The notes under the pieces were generated by a model, which searched no databases, was not told the origin of the DNA, and was given only the letters and a program-made list of their open reading frames with translations. Position numbers and translations under genes: made by a program. From positions 20,024 to 84,023 of the forward strand of contig DFGC01000005.1 of assembly GCA_002371155.1 (NCBI GenBank): a DNA stretch of 64,000 nt. The letters are read 5' to 3'. Within the stretch, counting starts at the first letter, position 1, and the number at the start of each line of letters is the position of its first letter. The stretch is from Alphaproteobacteria bacterium UBA3760 (GTDB lineage: Bacteria > Pseudomonadota > Alphaproteobacteria > Rs-D84). Below, in pieces: positions 9,664-20,055 of the stretch.

Positions 9664-10734
9664 ATGGAAGAGTTAGAATTATTTTATGCAAAAATGGTGT
9701 TCAAATTTAATACAGAACGCCGGTTGGCTTTGATTCGCAAATTGGCATCATTGTTGCGGAATAATTTTTCTTTGATGGATGCGTTGGTCAGAATTGAAAA
9801 AATCGAATCTGATAATGGGCGAAAACCGGATGAACCGTATGCAATCGCAATGCGGATGTGGCAAAAAAATCTGGAAATGGGTATGAGTTTTTCTGATGCG
9901 ACGCGTGGTTGGTTGCCGGCGGAAGAAACATTATTGGTGACAAGTGGTAATGTTGCAGATTTGGTTGTTGCGCTGGAAAATGTCGATAAAGTTGTAAATG
10001 GAACAACCAAAATAAAGCGCGCAATGAGAAGCGCAATTGCGTACCCATTGTTTTTGTTGATTTTGACATTTGGTATTATTGTTATGGTTGGAATGTATTT
10101 GGTGCCACCGTTGGCGGATGTGGCGGGGCCAAATGTTGTGTGGCATGGCGCAGCAAATTTGTTGATAATGGTATCTGAATTTTCAATAAAATATTGGTCT
10201 GTGATTTTGGTTGCGTTTGTTTTGTTATGTGTTTTGGTGTGGTTCAGTTTGTCAAATTGGACTGGATGGTTGCGGGCAAAATTTGATAAATTGCCACCGT
10301 GGAATATATATAAAATGCATACATCGGTTGGGTGGTTGATGTCTTTGGCGGCTTTTGTTGCGGCGGGGGTGTCTATGCCGGATGCAATGCGTATTTTGGC
10401 GGATAATGCAAACAAATATTTGCGTGATATTTTAGACGAAACATTACGGTATATTGCAAATGGTGATAATTTAGGTGTCGCGTTGTCGAATACAGGTCGC
10501 GATTTCCCAAATCAAGAAATTATTGGCGATTTAACTATTTATTCTGAAATGAATGATTTTGATGCAAATATCGAAAGATTGGCAGATGATTATTTGCAAA
10601 ATTCTGTGCGAAAAATGGAATCGATATCCAGCACATTGAACAGTTTTGGAATTTTATTGGTATCGGCAATTATCGCATGGGTTGTGTTGGCAACTTTCCA
10701 AATGCAAGACCAAATTACAATGATGTTATCATAA
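9664..10734 (+). CDS. GspF/PilC-family inner-membrane platform protein (R64 PilR-like)
   Basis: 356 aa polytopic membrane protein with the GspF-type three-TM architecture and two cytoplasmic domains. It starts 3 nt after the ATPase gene. Confidence 0.7.
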   Translation: MEELELFYAKMVFKFNTERRLALIRKLASLLRNNFSLMDALVRIEKIESDNGRKPDEPYAIAMRMWQKNLEMGMSFSDATRGWLPAEETLLVTSGNVADLVVALENVDKVVNGTTKIKRAMRSAIAYPLFLLILTFGIIVMVGMYLVPPLADVAGPNVVWHGAANLLIMVSEFSIKYWSVILVAFVLLCVLVWFSLSNWTGWLRAKFDKLPPWNIYKMHTSVGWLMSLAAFVAAGVSMPDAMRILADNANKYLRDILDETLRYIANGDNLGVALSNTGRDFPNQEIIGDLTIYSEMNDFDANIERLADDYLQNSVRKMESISSTLNSFGILLVSAIIAWVVLATFQMQDQITMMLS

Positions 10735-10741
10735 TAAAAAA

Positions 10742-10764
10742 ATCCCCAAGATGGGGATTTTTTT
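10742..10764 (+). terminator. rho-independent terminator (ATCCCCAAGATGGGGAT + T7)
   Basis: Perfect 6-bp GC-rich stem followed by a T-run, directly after the platform-gene stop. Confidence 0.6.
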
Positions 10765-10855
10765 ATTTTCAGAGTTCACTCCGTCGCCAAAGGCTATGGG
10801 GTGCGGGCAAAGCGCAGAGTTCAAATGATGAATTATTATTGGTAAAGCGTTGCGA

Positions 10856-11425
10856 TTACACCATAAATGGCAGGTTTTCCAATGTGCCTTCGGTGACACG
10901 AACATTTACATCTATCAACATAAATATTGCGTCGGGTGATGGTTTTATATTGCATGGAAACATATCGTGCGATAGCAAGTGTGATGTGTTGACCGTCAAT
11001 TTTGTGACCAAATGGTCGTCGTCCAAAAGTGTATAAATTGGGCCAATGTCGGTTGGTGTGTTTGCGCCAATTTCGTGTTCGTTTTGGGGGCAACGCAATC
11101 CGTCCATCAATGTTTTTATTCGGTTATCTATATCAGAACGCGCAACACCAACGATTTCAGGGTGCAACATTAAAATATCCAGTTCGGCAATCATTTTCAG
11201 GTTCGGACTGATAATCGGATTCCAATCTATGCCGCCGACATGACGGGTTATCAATGGGGCCTTGGACGCGTTGGGCAACATGTATCGTGTTAAATTATCC
11301 CATGGACTGTGTTCTACTAATTTTTTTAATTGTGGGTGAAATTGCATGCGGATGTCTGCGATGTGTTGCGCGCGTTTTTTAGGGTTGACAAAAATATCAC
11401 CAAAATAAATCAGTTTAAATTTCAT
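10856..11425 (-). CDS. hypothetical protein
   Basis: 189-aa ORF with an RBS. No motif recognised. Confidence 0.3.
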   Translation of the reverse strand: MKFKLIYFGDIFVNPKKRAQHIADIRMQFHPQLKKLVEHSPWDNLTRYMLPNASKAPLITRHVGGIDWNPIISPNLKMIAELDILMLHPEIVGVARSDIDNRIKTLMDGLRCPQNEHEIGANTPTDIGPIYTLLDDDHLVTKLTVNTSHLLSHDMFPCNIKPSPDAIFMLIDVNVRVTEGTLENLPFMV

Positions 11426-11430
11426 AATAA

Positions 11431-13916
<2,486 letters not shown>

Positions 13917-13917
<1 letters not shown>

Positions 13918-14582
13918 TGTTTGATGCAGATTGGTTTTGGAATCTGGATAAAACACTGCGGGAACGTGGGTTGGATTCAGATTCCAAATCTTTTGATGAA
14001 ATACGCGAAATGCTGGCAACACCAAAACGATTGTCGGGCGACGCGTTTTCTGATGAATGTGCCTATGTGATTTTGGCGGGTGGTTTTTCGCAAAAAACAG
14101 CAAAAAGAATTCATAAAATAATTTGTGAAAAATTGCGTGCGGGTGCGGGATTTGATGATTTAATAAAAATTTTTAACAATAAAAATAAAATAAATGCGAT
14201 TTGTAAAATTTGGCAAAATCGCAACGCGTTGTGTGATGAATATTATTCCAAAAAAACATTAGATGATAAATTGGCGTTTATACAAACATTACCACATATT
14301 GGAAAGATAACTGCAAATCATTTGGCGCGAAATTTGGGGTGTGATATTGTTAAATATGATATTTGGATTCAACGGTTGGGGGCGCTATACGCAGGGAATC
14401 CGGAAATTTTTGCAATTATAGATAATGGAAAATTAAATCCGCAAATAAAAAAATATTGTGATGATATGTTTGCGCATTTGGTGCGTGAAACAGGATTACC
14501 GCGCGGGTATGTTGATGTTGTGTTATGGAAATCTTGTCAAAATGGTTTAATCAAGGGATTAAAATATGGATGTGAAAATTGA
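13917..14582 (+). CDS. HhH-GPD-superfamily DNA glycosylase-like protein (LPHIGKITA...D motif)
   Basis: Helix-hairpin-helix LPHIGKITANHLARNLG followed about 9 residues later by VKYDIWIQRLG, the spacing of the catalytic Asp in HhH-GPD glycosylases. The ATG overlaps the gyrB stop and the stop overlaps the ung start. Confidence 0.4.
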
Positions 14583-15228
14583 AGAGTCTTGGAAACGCGA
14601 ATTGGCACCCGAATTTGATAAAGATTATTTTCGAGAACTGACAGATTTTGTACGTGGTGAATATTTGTCGGGCAAACAAATTTATCCGGCGGCACGAAAT
14701 ATTTTCAATGCGTTTAATTTGTGTCCGGTGGATTCTGTGCGCGTTGTGATTATTGGCCAAGACCCATATCACGAACCCGGTCAGGCGATGGGATTGTGTT
14801 TTTCGGTGCCAAATGGCATAACACCGCCGCCGTCGTTGCAAAATATTTATCGTGAAATTGAATCTGATTTAGGGCACCCCAGTTCGACGCATGGTGATTT
14901 GACGCATTGGGCAAAGCAGGGCGTGTTATTGTTAAATTCAACATTGACGGTCCAGGCACATTTGGCGGCATCGCACGCGGGCCGGGGCTGGGAACAATTT
15001 ACCGATGCGGTAATTGCGGCATTGGCAAAACGCAAAAATATTGTTTATATGTTGTGGGGTTCGTATGCACAAAAGAAAGCCGCGTTGGTGGATAACACGC
15101 AAAATTTAGTGTTGAAAACGGTGCATCCGTCGCCGTTATCAGCATATCGTGGATTTTTTGGTTGCAAACATTTCAGTCGTGCAAATGAATATTTGGCGCA
15201 ACACGGTAAATCACCCATAGATTGGTAA
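14566..15228 (+). CDS. ung: uracil-DNA glycosylase (family 1)
   Basis: Motifs GQDPYH and HPSPLSA. 220 aa. Confidence 0.85.
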   Translation: MDVKIEESWKRELAPEFDKDYFRELTDFVRGEYLSGKQIYPAARNIFNAFNLCPVDSVRVVIIGQDPYHEPGQAMGLCFSVPNGITPPPSLQNIYREIESDLGHPSSTHGDLTHWAKQGVLLLNSTLTVQAHLAASHAGRGWEQFTDAVIAALAKRKNIVYMLWGSYAQKKAALVDNTQNLVLKTVHPSPLSAYRGFFGCKHFSRANEYLAQHGKSPIDW

Positions 15229-15230
15229 AA

Positions 15231-15806
15231 TTAAAAATTATGCGTTAAACCCAATCCGTAAAATGCGTAAGAATGGTTGTCTTCGGCGGTGTTTGCGTTG
15301 GAAAAATGTTGTATAAACAGTTCAGTTGCCCATTCTTGGGTTATGTTCACACCAATTGTGACCTTGAATTGGAATAACAATTTTGCACCCAGGCGTTTGT
15401 TTTCTTTGACCTGTAATCCGACGCCGGCACCCATACCCATGTATAACCGTTTATATCGAAACAGGGCGATGTCTTCGGTGGCATATCCGATTGGAATTGT
15501 GTAATCGGTCCAATCCCAACCATTTTTACTGCCCAATCCCAATGTTTCAGAAATATTCAGACTGCGTCGTGCCGGAATACGAAAAAATGTCGTTGGTTGC
15601 GAATATGTTATTGTTCCAATATAAAAAGGCACAGGTCGCACCGGTGGTGGTAATAAAATTCCGGTATCGAAACCTTGGCCGATGCCGTAAAACATTTGGT
15701 TTTGGTATGTTCCCATAAATGGGTTGCGTTCGGGTAAAAACCAATCGTCGGCCAATGCGATGTTTGGTAAAATAATGGGTAATAAAAATAATAATCTTGT
15801 TTTCAT
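15231..15806 (-). CDS. outer-membrane lipid A 3-O-deacylase (PagL)-like beta-barrel
   Basis: Signal peptide, amphipathic beta-strand pattern, a C-terminal HFSNA (His/Ser active-site pair) and a terminal aromatic residue. The start is taken at MKTRLLF. Confidence 0.5.
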   Translation of the reverse strand: MKTRLLFLLPIILPNIALADDWFLPERNPFMGTYQNQMFYGIGQGFDTGILLPPPVRPVPFYIGTITYSQPTTFFRIPARRSLNISETLGLGSKNGWDWTDYTIPIGYATEDIALFRYKRLYMGMGAGVGLQVKENKRLGAKLLFQFKVTIGVNITQEWATELFIQHFSNANTAEDNHSYAFYGLGLTHNF

Positions 15807-16008
15807 ACCGACAATTTTATCATATTTTGCATATAAAAACAAACTGGAAAAAATAAATTTAATAAAATAATCACGCCGTGGCGCAAGCGAAAGAATTATA
15901 TAAAAATATTATCTATATGGCTATGATTATTAAAAAAAGCCCTTAAAAAAAGGCCATAATACTTGAATTATGACCGATATTGTTCTAATATGACCCAAAA
16001 GGTAAAAG

Positions 16009-17019
16009 ATGAATAAAGAATTTAATTTTTTGGTATATAACACTCCAAACCAAGATGTTAAAATAAATGCTATGGTACGGGATGACACAATCTGGCTTAC
16101 CCAAAAATCTATGGCTGAATTGTTCGGAGTTCAGATTCCCGCTATTAGCAAACACCTTAAGAATATATTTGAAGAAGGTGAATTAGATGAAAAAGTGGTT
16201 GTTTCCAAAATGGAAATAACCACTCAACATGGAGCAATATCCGATAAAACTCAAACATCAGAAACCCAATTTTATAATTTAGATGCTATTATATCTGTTG
16301 GATACAGGGTTAATTCTGTTAAAGCCACTAATTTCAGAATATGGGCAACCAAAGTTTTACACGAATATATTCAAAAGGGGTTTGTTCTGGATGACGAGAG
16401 ATTAAAACAAGGCAAACAAGCCTTTGGCAAAGATTATTTTCGTGAATTATTAGAACGTGTCCGTTCTATTCGTGCATCTGAACGCAGAATATATCAACAA
16501 ATCACAGATATATTTGCAGAATGCTGCATTGATTACGATAAGAATTCAGATATTACTAATAATTTCTATGCAACTGTTCAAAACAAATTCCATTATGCAA
16601 TTACTGGTCAAACTGCTGCTGAAATAATATATACAAAAGCGGACAGAACGAAAGACAATATGGGATTAACCACATGGAAACATTCACCAGATGGACGGAT
16701 TTTGAAATCAGATGTAGGGATTGCTAAAAACTATCTTTCTGAAAAAGAAATCAAACAGTTGGAACGAACTGTATCTGGATATTTTGATTATATTGAAGAT
16801 TTAATTGAACGAGAAAACACATTTACAATGGCCGAATTTGCAAACAGTGTAAACGAATTCTTGGCTTTCAGAAAATACGATGTACTGCCAGATAATAATC
16901 ATGGTCGTATATCAAATGCAAAGGCTATTAAACATGCAGAATCAGAATACGCTGCATTTAATAAAACCCAAAAAATAGAATCTGATTTTGATAAACAGGT
17001 TAAAAAAATGTTAAAATAA
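16009..17019 (+). CDS. RhuM-family virulence-associated protein
   Basis: Characteristic N-terminus NAMVRDDTIWLTQKSMAELFGVQIPAISKHLKNIFEEGEL and a conserved central region. Its codon usage is atypical for this window (CTT, AGC, GGA) and its local GC is lower. Confidence 0.6.
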   Translation: MNKEFNFLVYNTPNQDVKINAMVRDDTIWLTQKSMAELFGVQIPAISKHLKNIFEEGELDEKVVVSKMEITTQHGAISDKTQTSETQFYNLDAIISVGYRVNSVKATNFRIWATKVLHEYIQKGFVLDDERLKQGKQAFGKDYFRELLERVRSIRASERRIYQQITDIFAECCIDYDKNSDITNNFYATVQNKFHYAITGQTAAEIIYTKADRTKDNMGLTTWKHSPDGRILKSDVGIAKNYLSEKEIKQLERTVSGYFDYIEDLIERENTFTMAEFANSVNEFLAFRKYDVLPDNNHGRISNAKAIKHAESEYAAFNKTQKIESDFDKQVKKMLK

Positions 17020-17219
17020 CAAATCTGGGACTCTCAAATTTTCGCAGATTTCCAAAGGTTATCACAAAAAAATGGTGGGAAATTTATACTTTGTAGAATA
17101 TACACATAAAACATCAGAAGTCCGCTTTCATTCACTACGTTCATTACAGCGAGACATCCGTTTCTCTAACTCTACATCTTCGCTTGCTTTCTGCGAAACC
17201 AATCTCGCTGTAGCGTAAG

Positions 17220-17293
17220 CGAAAGCAGATGGTGCCCTAAGCAAGAATCGGACTTGCGACTCGTCCTTACCAAGGACGTGTTTTACCACTAGA
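17220..17293 (-). tRNA. tRNA-Thr(GGU)-like gene with aberrant T-loop (TCCGATT) and imperfect D-stem; possibly a pseudogene or element-borne tRNA
   Basis: The reverse complement is GCCCTAATAGTCTAGTGGTAAAACACGTCCTTGGTAAGGACGAGTCGCAAGTCCGATTCTTGCTTAGGGCACCA. It has perfect 7-bp acceptor, 5-bp anticodon and 5-bp T stems, anticodon GGU, U33 and an encoded CCA. Position 55 is C, and one D-stem pair is mismatched. Confidence 0.45.
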
Positions 17294-17398
17294 CTATTAG
17301 GGCAACAGCGGTATTATACCTGTTCGCGGATAAAAATCAACATAAAAACCATTTTTTACTAGATTTTTATTTTTTTACCATTATAATGCGTTTTGTTT

Positions 17399-17475
17399 GG
17401 CGGGATAGCTCAGCTGGTTAGAGCAGTGGAATCATAATCCACGTGTCGGGGGTCCGAGTCCCTCTCCCGCTACCA
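17399..17475 (+). tRNA. tRNA-Met (anticodon CAU; elongator Met or Ile-lysidine type)
   Basis: GGCGGGATAGCTCAGCTGGTTAGAGCAGTGGAATCATAATCCACGTGTCGGGGGTCCGAGTCCCTCTCCCGCTACCA folds as a canonical cloverleaf with an encoded CCA. Confidence 0.8.
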
Positions 17476-17488
17476 CAGGTTTTATTGA

Positions 17489-17514
17489 CCCACACAGTAT
17501 TGTGTGGGTTTTTT
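17489..17514 (+). terminator. rho-independent terminator after tRNA-Met (CCCACACA-gtat-TGTGTGGG + T6)
   Basis: 8-bp perfect stem followed by TTTTTT. Confidence 0.6.
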
Positions 17515-17573
17515 ATTGGGATTTAGGAATATAATCGGATTTGACAAAATTTTTGCATAGGAAACAAAAACAG

Positions 17574-17601
17574 TTGACAATTTAATTTTTTGGTGTATAT
17601 T
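17574..17601 (+). promoter_or_regulatory. near-consensus sigma70 promoter (TTGACA-16-TATATT)
   Basis: Perfect -35 hexamer and a strong -10 element, 35 nt upstream of the GGAGG RBS and the ATG at 17635. Confidence 0.45.
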
Positions 17602-17634
17602 ATGCTCATAATAAAACATTTATGGAGGCAAAAT

Positions 17635-19389
17635 ATGTTATTAGTGAACATGGATAATGTACCACGTAGAGAGTTGAATAAATTGCAAATTTCGGAAATT
17701 TTGCATGGTATTATGCGTATGGAAAAATCATCAAATCCGGATAAATATGCCCGTTGTATGCCGGAATATAGTCGTTTTGTGTCACGGTATGCTTTTGCTG
17801 TAAATGGTGGTAAAATTAAAATTTCTGATAAAAACATTGTTGCAACGGTGAATTTTTTGGAAAAAATGTCAGGGAGTATTCCGTGTGAAGTTGAGTGTGT
17901 TGATAGTGCTGTATCTAAATTAAAGATACAATATGCCAATGCAATTATAAGCGGGCGTGTAAATGTACCAAAAAAAGATTTAAAATATGTAATTGATGGT
18001 TTTGAATCAGAATTAAGACGTAATAATGATGATAATAATGTTATAACATCTGCGCTGGAAAAAATCAGACCGTTATATCAAGAAATGTGTCAAGAAGATA
18101 AAGATGAATTTGTCCAAAATCCATCCAAAGTGTTTTTCGAAAAACAAAAAGAGCGTAGCGAGAAAAAAGAACAGTTGAAAAATTTAGGATTGAAGGAACG
18201 CATAAAAAAGAAAGTGGCGGGTGTGGCCCAATCGTGCGAGCAAAAAATTGCAGAAAAAATTGAACAATATAAAAATGTAGCACAACAAAAAGCACAAGAA
18301 CGTAAAGAAAAAGTTGCAGCAAAAAGGGAAAAACGCGAAGCAAAAACAGGTGTTTTAAAACCGTTGTTTGCTCGTGCCATGCCATATGCAGCAAGCGTTT
18401 TGTTGTTGGTGGGAATAACATTTGGTTTTTCGCAAGATTCAACGCATGCAGGTGAAACAGATGCATCGAATAAAGACAATAAAACAAAAGTTGCAAAACA
18501 AAACACCAAAAATAATGAAGAAAAAACATATATGGTATCTGAACAAGATTTGGCGCGTGCGAATGGTAATTTTGCTGTGCAACAATCTGAACCAGTTGTT
18601 AAAGATACGGTTGTCAAACACGACCAGAAAATTGCACCAAAACCGGTTGTTAAAAATAATGCAAATGTTAAATCGTCTGACAAATTTTATGATTCCAGAT
18701 TGGATAAATTCTTTGGAGATAAAAAATCTGATGTTTTGCAAAAAATACAAAATCGTATGCAAAATGTTGATTTGGGTGGTATCAGTGCAGAACGCGTTGC
18801 ATACACCATGGGGGTTTATTCGGCATATGGATATAATATCGATGTGTTGAATAATTTCGTAAATGGTGCGGAATTAAATTCAGACCAAATCAAAGAATTA
18901 AAATCTGTCATAGATTTGGCAAAACCACATGGAACCGGTGTTCGTGATTTGGCGGCGGCGCATATAACATCGCGTGAAATTCATGAAATGTGCGCATGTG
19001 GCGATAAATCAAGTGCCGAAAAAAAGATTGCGCAAGCAAAATCAAATGTTAAATCATCAAACGACAGTATTACAAAATCTGATGTGTTGAAAATGGTCAA
19101 CGATAATATCAAATGTGGTAAATCTGTGCTGAATCCAGATGATTCGGCAACATTGACTAAATTGTTGTTGCAAAATAATTTGGGGCCAGATGATTGTGCA
19201 AATATGACCAAATTGTTGTTATTGGCGGGTGTTGATAAAAATATTGTAAATCAAATCGTGCGTCAAAATAATTATTCGAATACTGTTTTAATGCCTGATA
19301 ATTATGTGCAGCGGCTTGAAAAACAAAGTGGTCAGAAAAAGCCAGTGTGGTATTCACGCTGTTTCAGAATATCACGGTATTCACGATAA
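17635..19389 (+). CDS. orphan lysine-rich coiled-coil protein with single central TM helix (hypothetical, possible secreted/effector-like)
   Basis: 584 aa. K/E-rich N-terminal half, the TM segment ASVLLLVGITFGF and a C-terminal half with no recognisable motif. It has a consensus promoter and RBS and is AT-rich. Confidence 0.5.
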   Translation: MLLVNMDNVPRRELNKLQISEILHGIMRMEKSSNPDKYARCMPEYSRFVSRYAFAVNGGKIKISDKNIVATVNFLEKMSGSIPCEVECVDSAVSKLKIQYANAIISGRVNVPKKDLKYVIDGFESELRRNNDDNNVITSALEKIRPLYQEMCQEDKDEFVQNPSKVFFEKQKERSEKKEQLKNLGLKERIKKKVAGVAQSCEQKIAEKIEQYKNVAQQKAQERKEKVAAKREKREAKTGVLKPLFARAMPYAASVLLLVGITFGFSQDSTHAGETDASNKDNKTKVAKQNTKNNEEKTYMVSEQDLARANGNFAVQQSEPVVKDTVVKHDQKIAPKPVVKNNANVKSSDKFYDSRLDKFFGDKKSDVLQKIQNRMQNVDLGGISAERVAYTMGVYSAYGYNIDVLNNFVNGAELNSDQIKELKSVIDLAKPHGTGVRDLAAAHITSREIHEMCACGDKSSAEKKIAQAKSNVKSSNDSITKSDVLKMVNDNIKCGKSVLNPDDSATLTKLLLQNNLGPDDCANMTKLLLLAGVDKNIVNQIVRQNNYSNTVLMPDNYVQRLEKQSGQKKPVWYSRCFRISRYSR

Positions 19390-19394
19390 AATAA

Positions 19395-19413
19395 ATCCCC
19401 ATTTTATGGGGAT
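19395..19413 (+). terminator. hairpin (ATCCCC-attttat-GGGGAT), weak terminator
   Basis: 6-bp GC stem immediately after the stop at 19389. The T tract is short. Confidence 0.3.
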
Positions 19414-19472
19414 TCTTAATACTTGCAAATTGTGTTTTGGGGTGTATGTTATATTTAACAAGAGGTGATAGT

Positions 19473-19802
19473 ATGCATGATATAAATGCGAAGTTCCAAC
19501 AAGTGTGTGCAAAACAACAACAAGAAAAAAACAGACGGCAACAAAGAATAGAAAAATATGCACATAACATTGAAGATTTTATGAATATTTATCAGATTGA
19601 AAAAACAGGACTGTGTTCCGAATTTGTTGCGTCGTATTATGCCAAGAAATGCCAAGAATTAGGTAATGCGGAGTTTAATAAAATAAAAAATCAAGCCCAA
19701 GGATATATCCGACATTTGGAAGTGTCTGGTCAGATAAGCGAACATATCAATTGGTTTAAGTTTGTTTTGGAAAAAGTTGGTGGTGGTTTTGAACGGTCTT
19801 AA
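19473..19802 (+). CDS. hypothetical small protein
   Basis: 109 aa from MHDINAKF with an RBS (AGAGGTGA). It is preceded by the TACTTGCAAATTGT promoter motif. Confidence 0.35.
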   Translation: MHDINAKFQQVCAKQQQEKNRRQQRIEKYAHNIEDFMNIYQIEKTGLCSEFVASYYAKKCQELGNAEFNKIKNQAQGYIRHLEVSGQISEHINWFKFVLEKVGGGFERS

Positions 19803-19808
19803 AATTAC

Positions 19809-19837
19809 TTGCAAATTGTATTTTTTGTGATTAAAAT
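19809..19837 (+). promoter_or_regulatory. putative promoter (TTGCAA-17-TAAAAT) within repeated TACTTGCAAATTGT motif
   Basis: The same 14-nt motif occurs at 19420..19433 ahead of the previous gene. This copy drives the aspS leader. Confidence 0.35.
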
Positions 19838-19844
19838 CTATTCT

Positions 19845-20055
19845 GATTTTATGGGCGCGGTGCCAATGATATGACTGACAACCATGGAGGCATCAAAACC
19901 CAATGTAAAGTGATAAATTCGGGTGGCACCGCGCGGTATTATATTCGCGCCCCGAAAATTCTAATGCTGGTGCCAAATATAAAATTTTCATTTGGTGCCA
20001 TAAAAACCCAATTTGCAACGGCGTTGGGGAACAAGAATAAAAAAAGGGACCAAAA
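19845..20055 (+). promoter_or_regulatory. structured aspS 5' leader with T-box-like core GGGTGGCACCGCG and four GGTGCCA/TGGCACC repeats
   Basis: A 13/13 match to the T-box consensus GGGUGGNACCGCG lies at about 19924..19936. An 11-bp perfect inverted repeat GCGCGGTGCCA...TGGCACCGCGC spans it. GACUGACA codons sit in the upstream arm. Confidence 0.35.
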
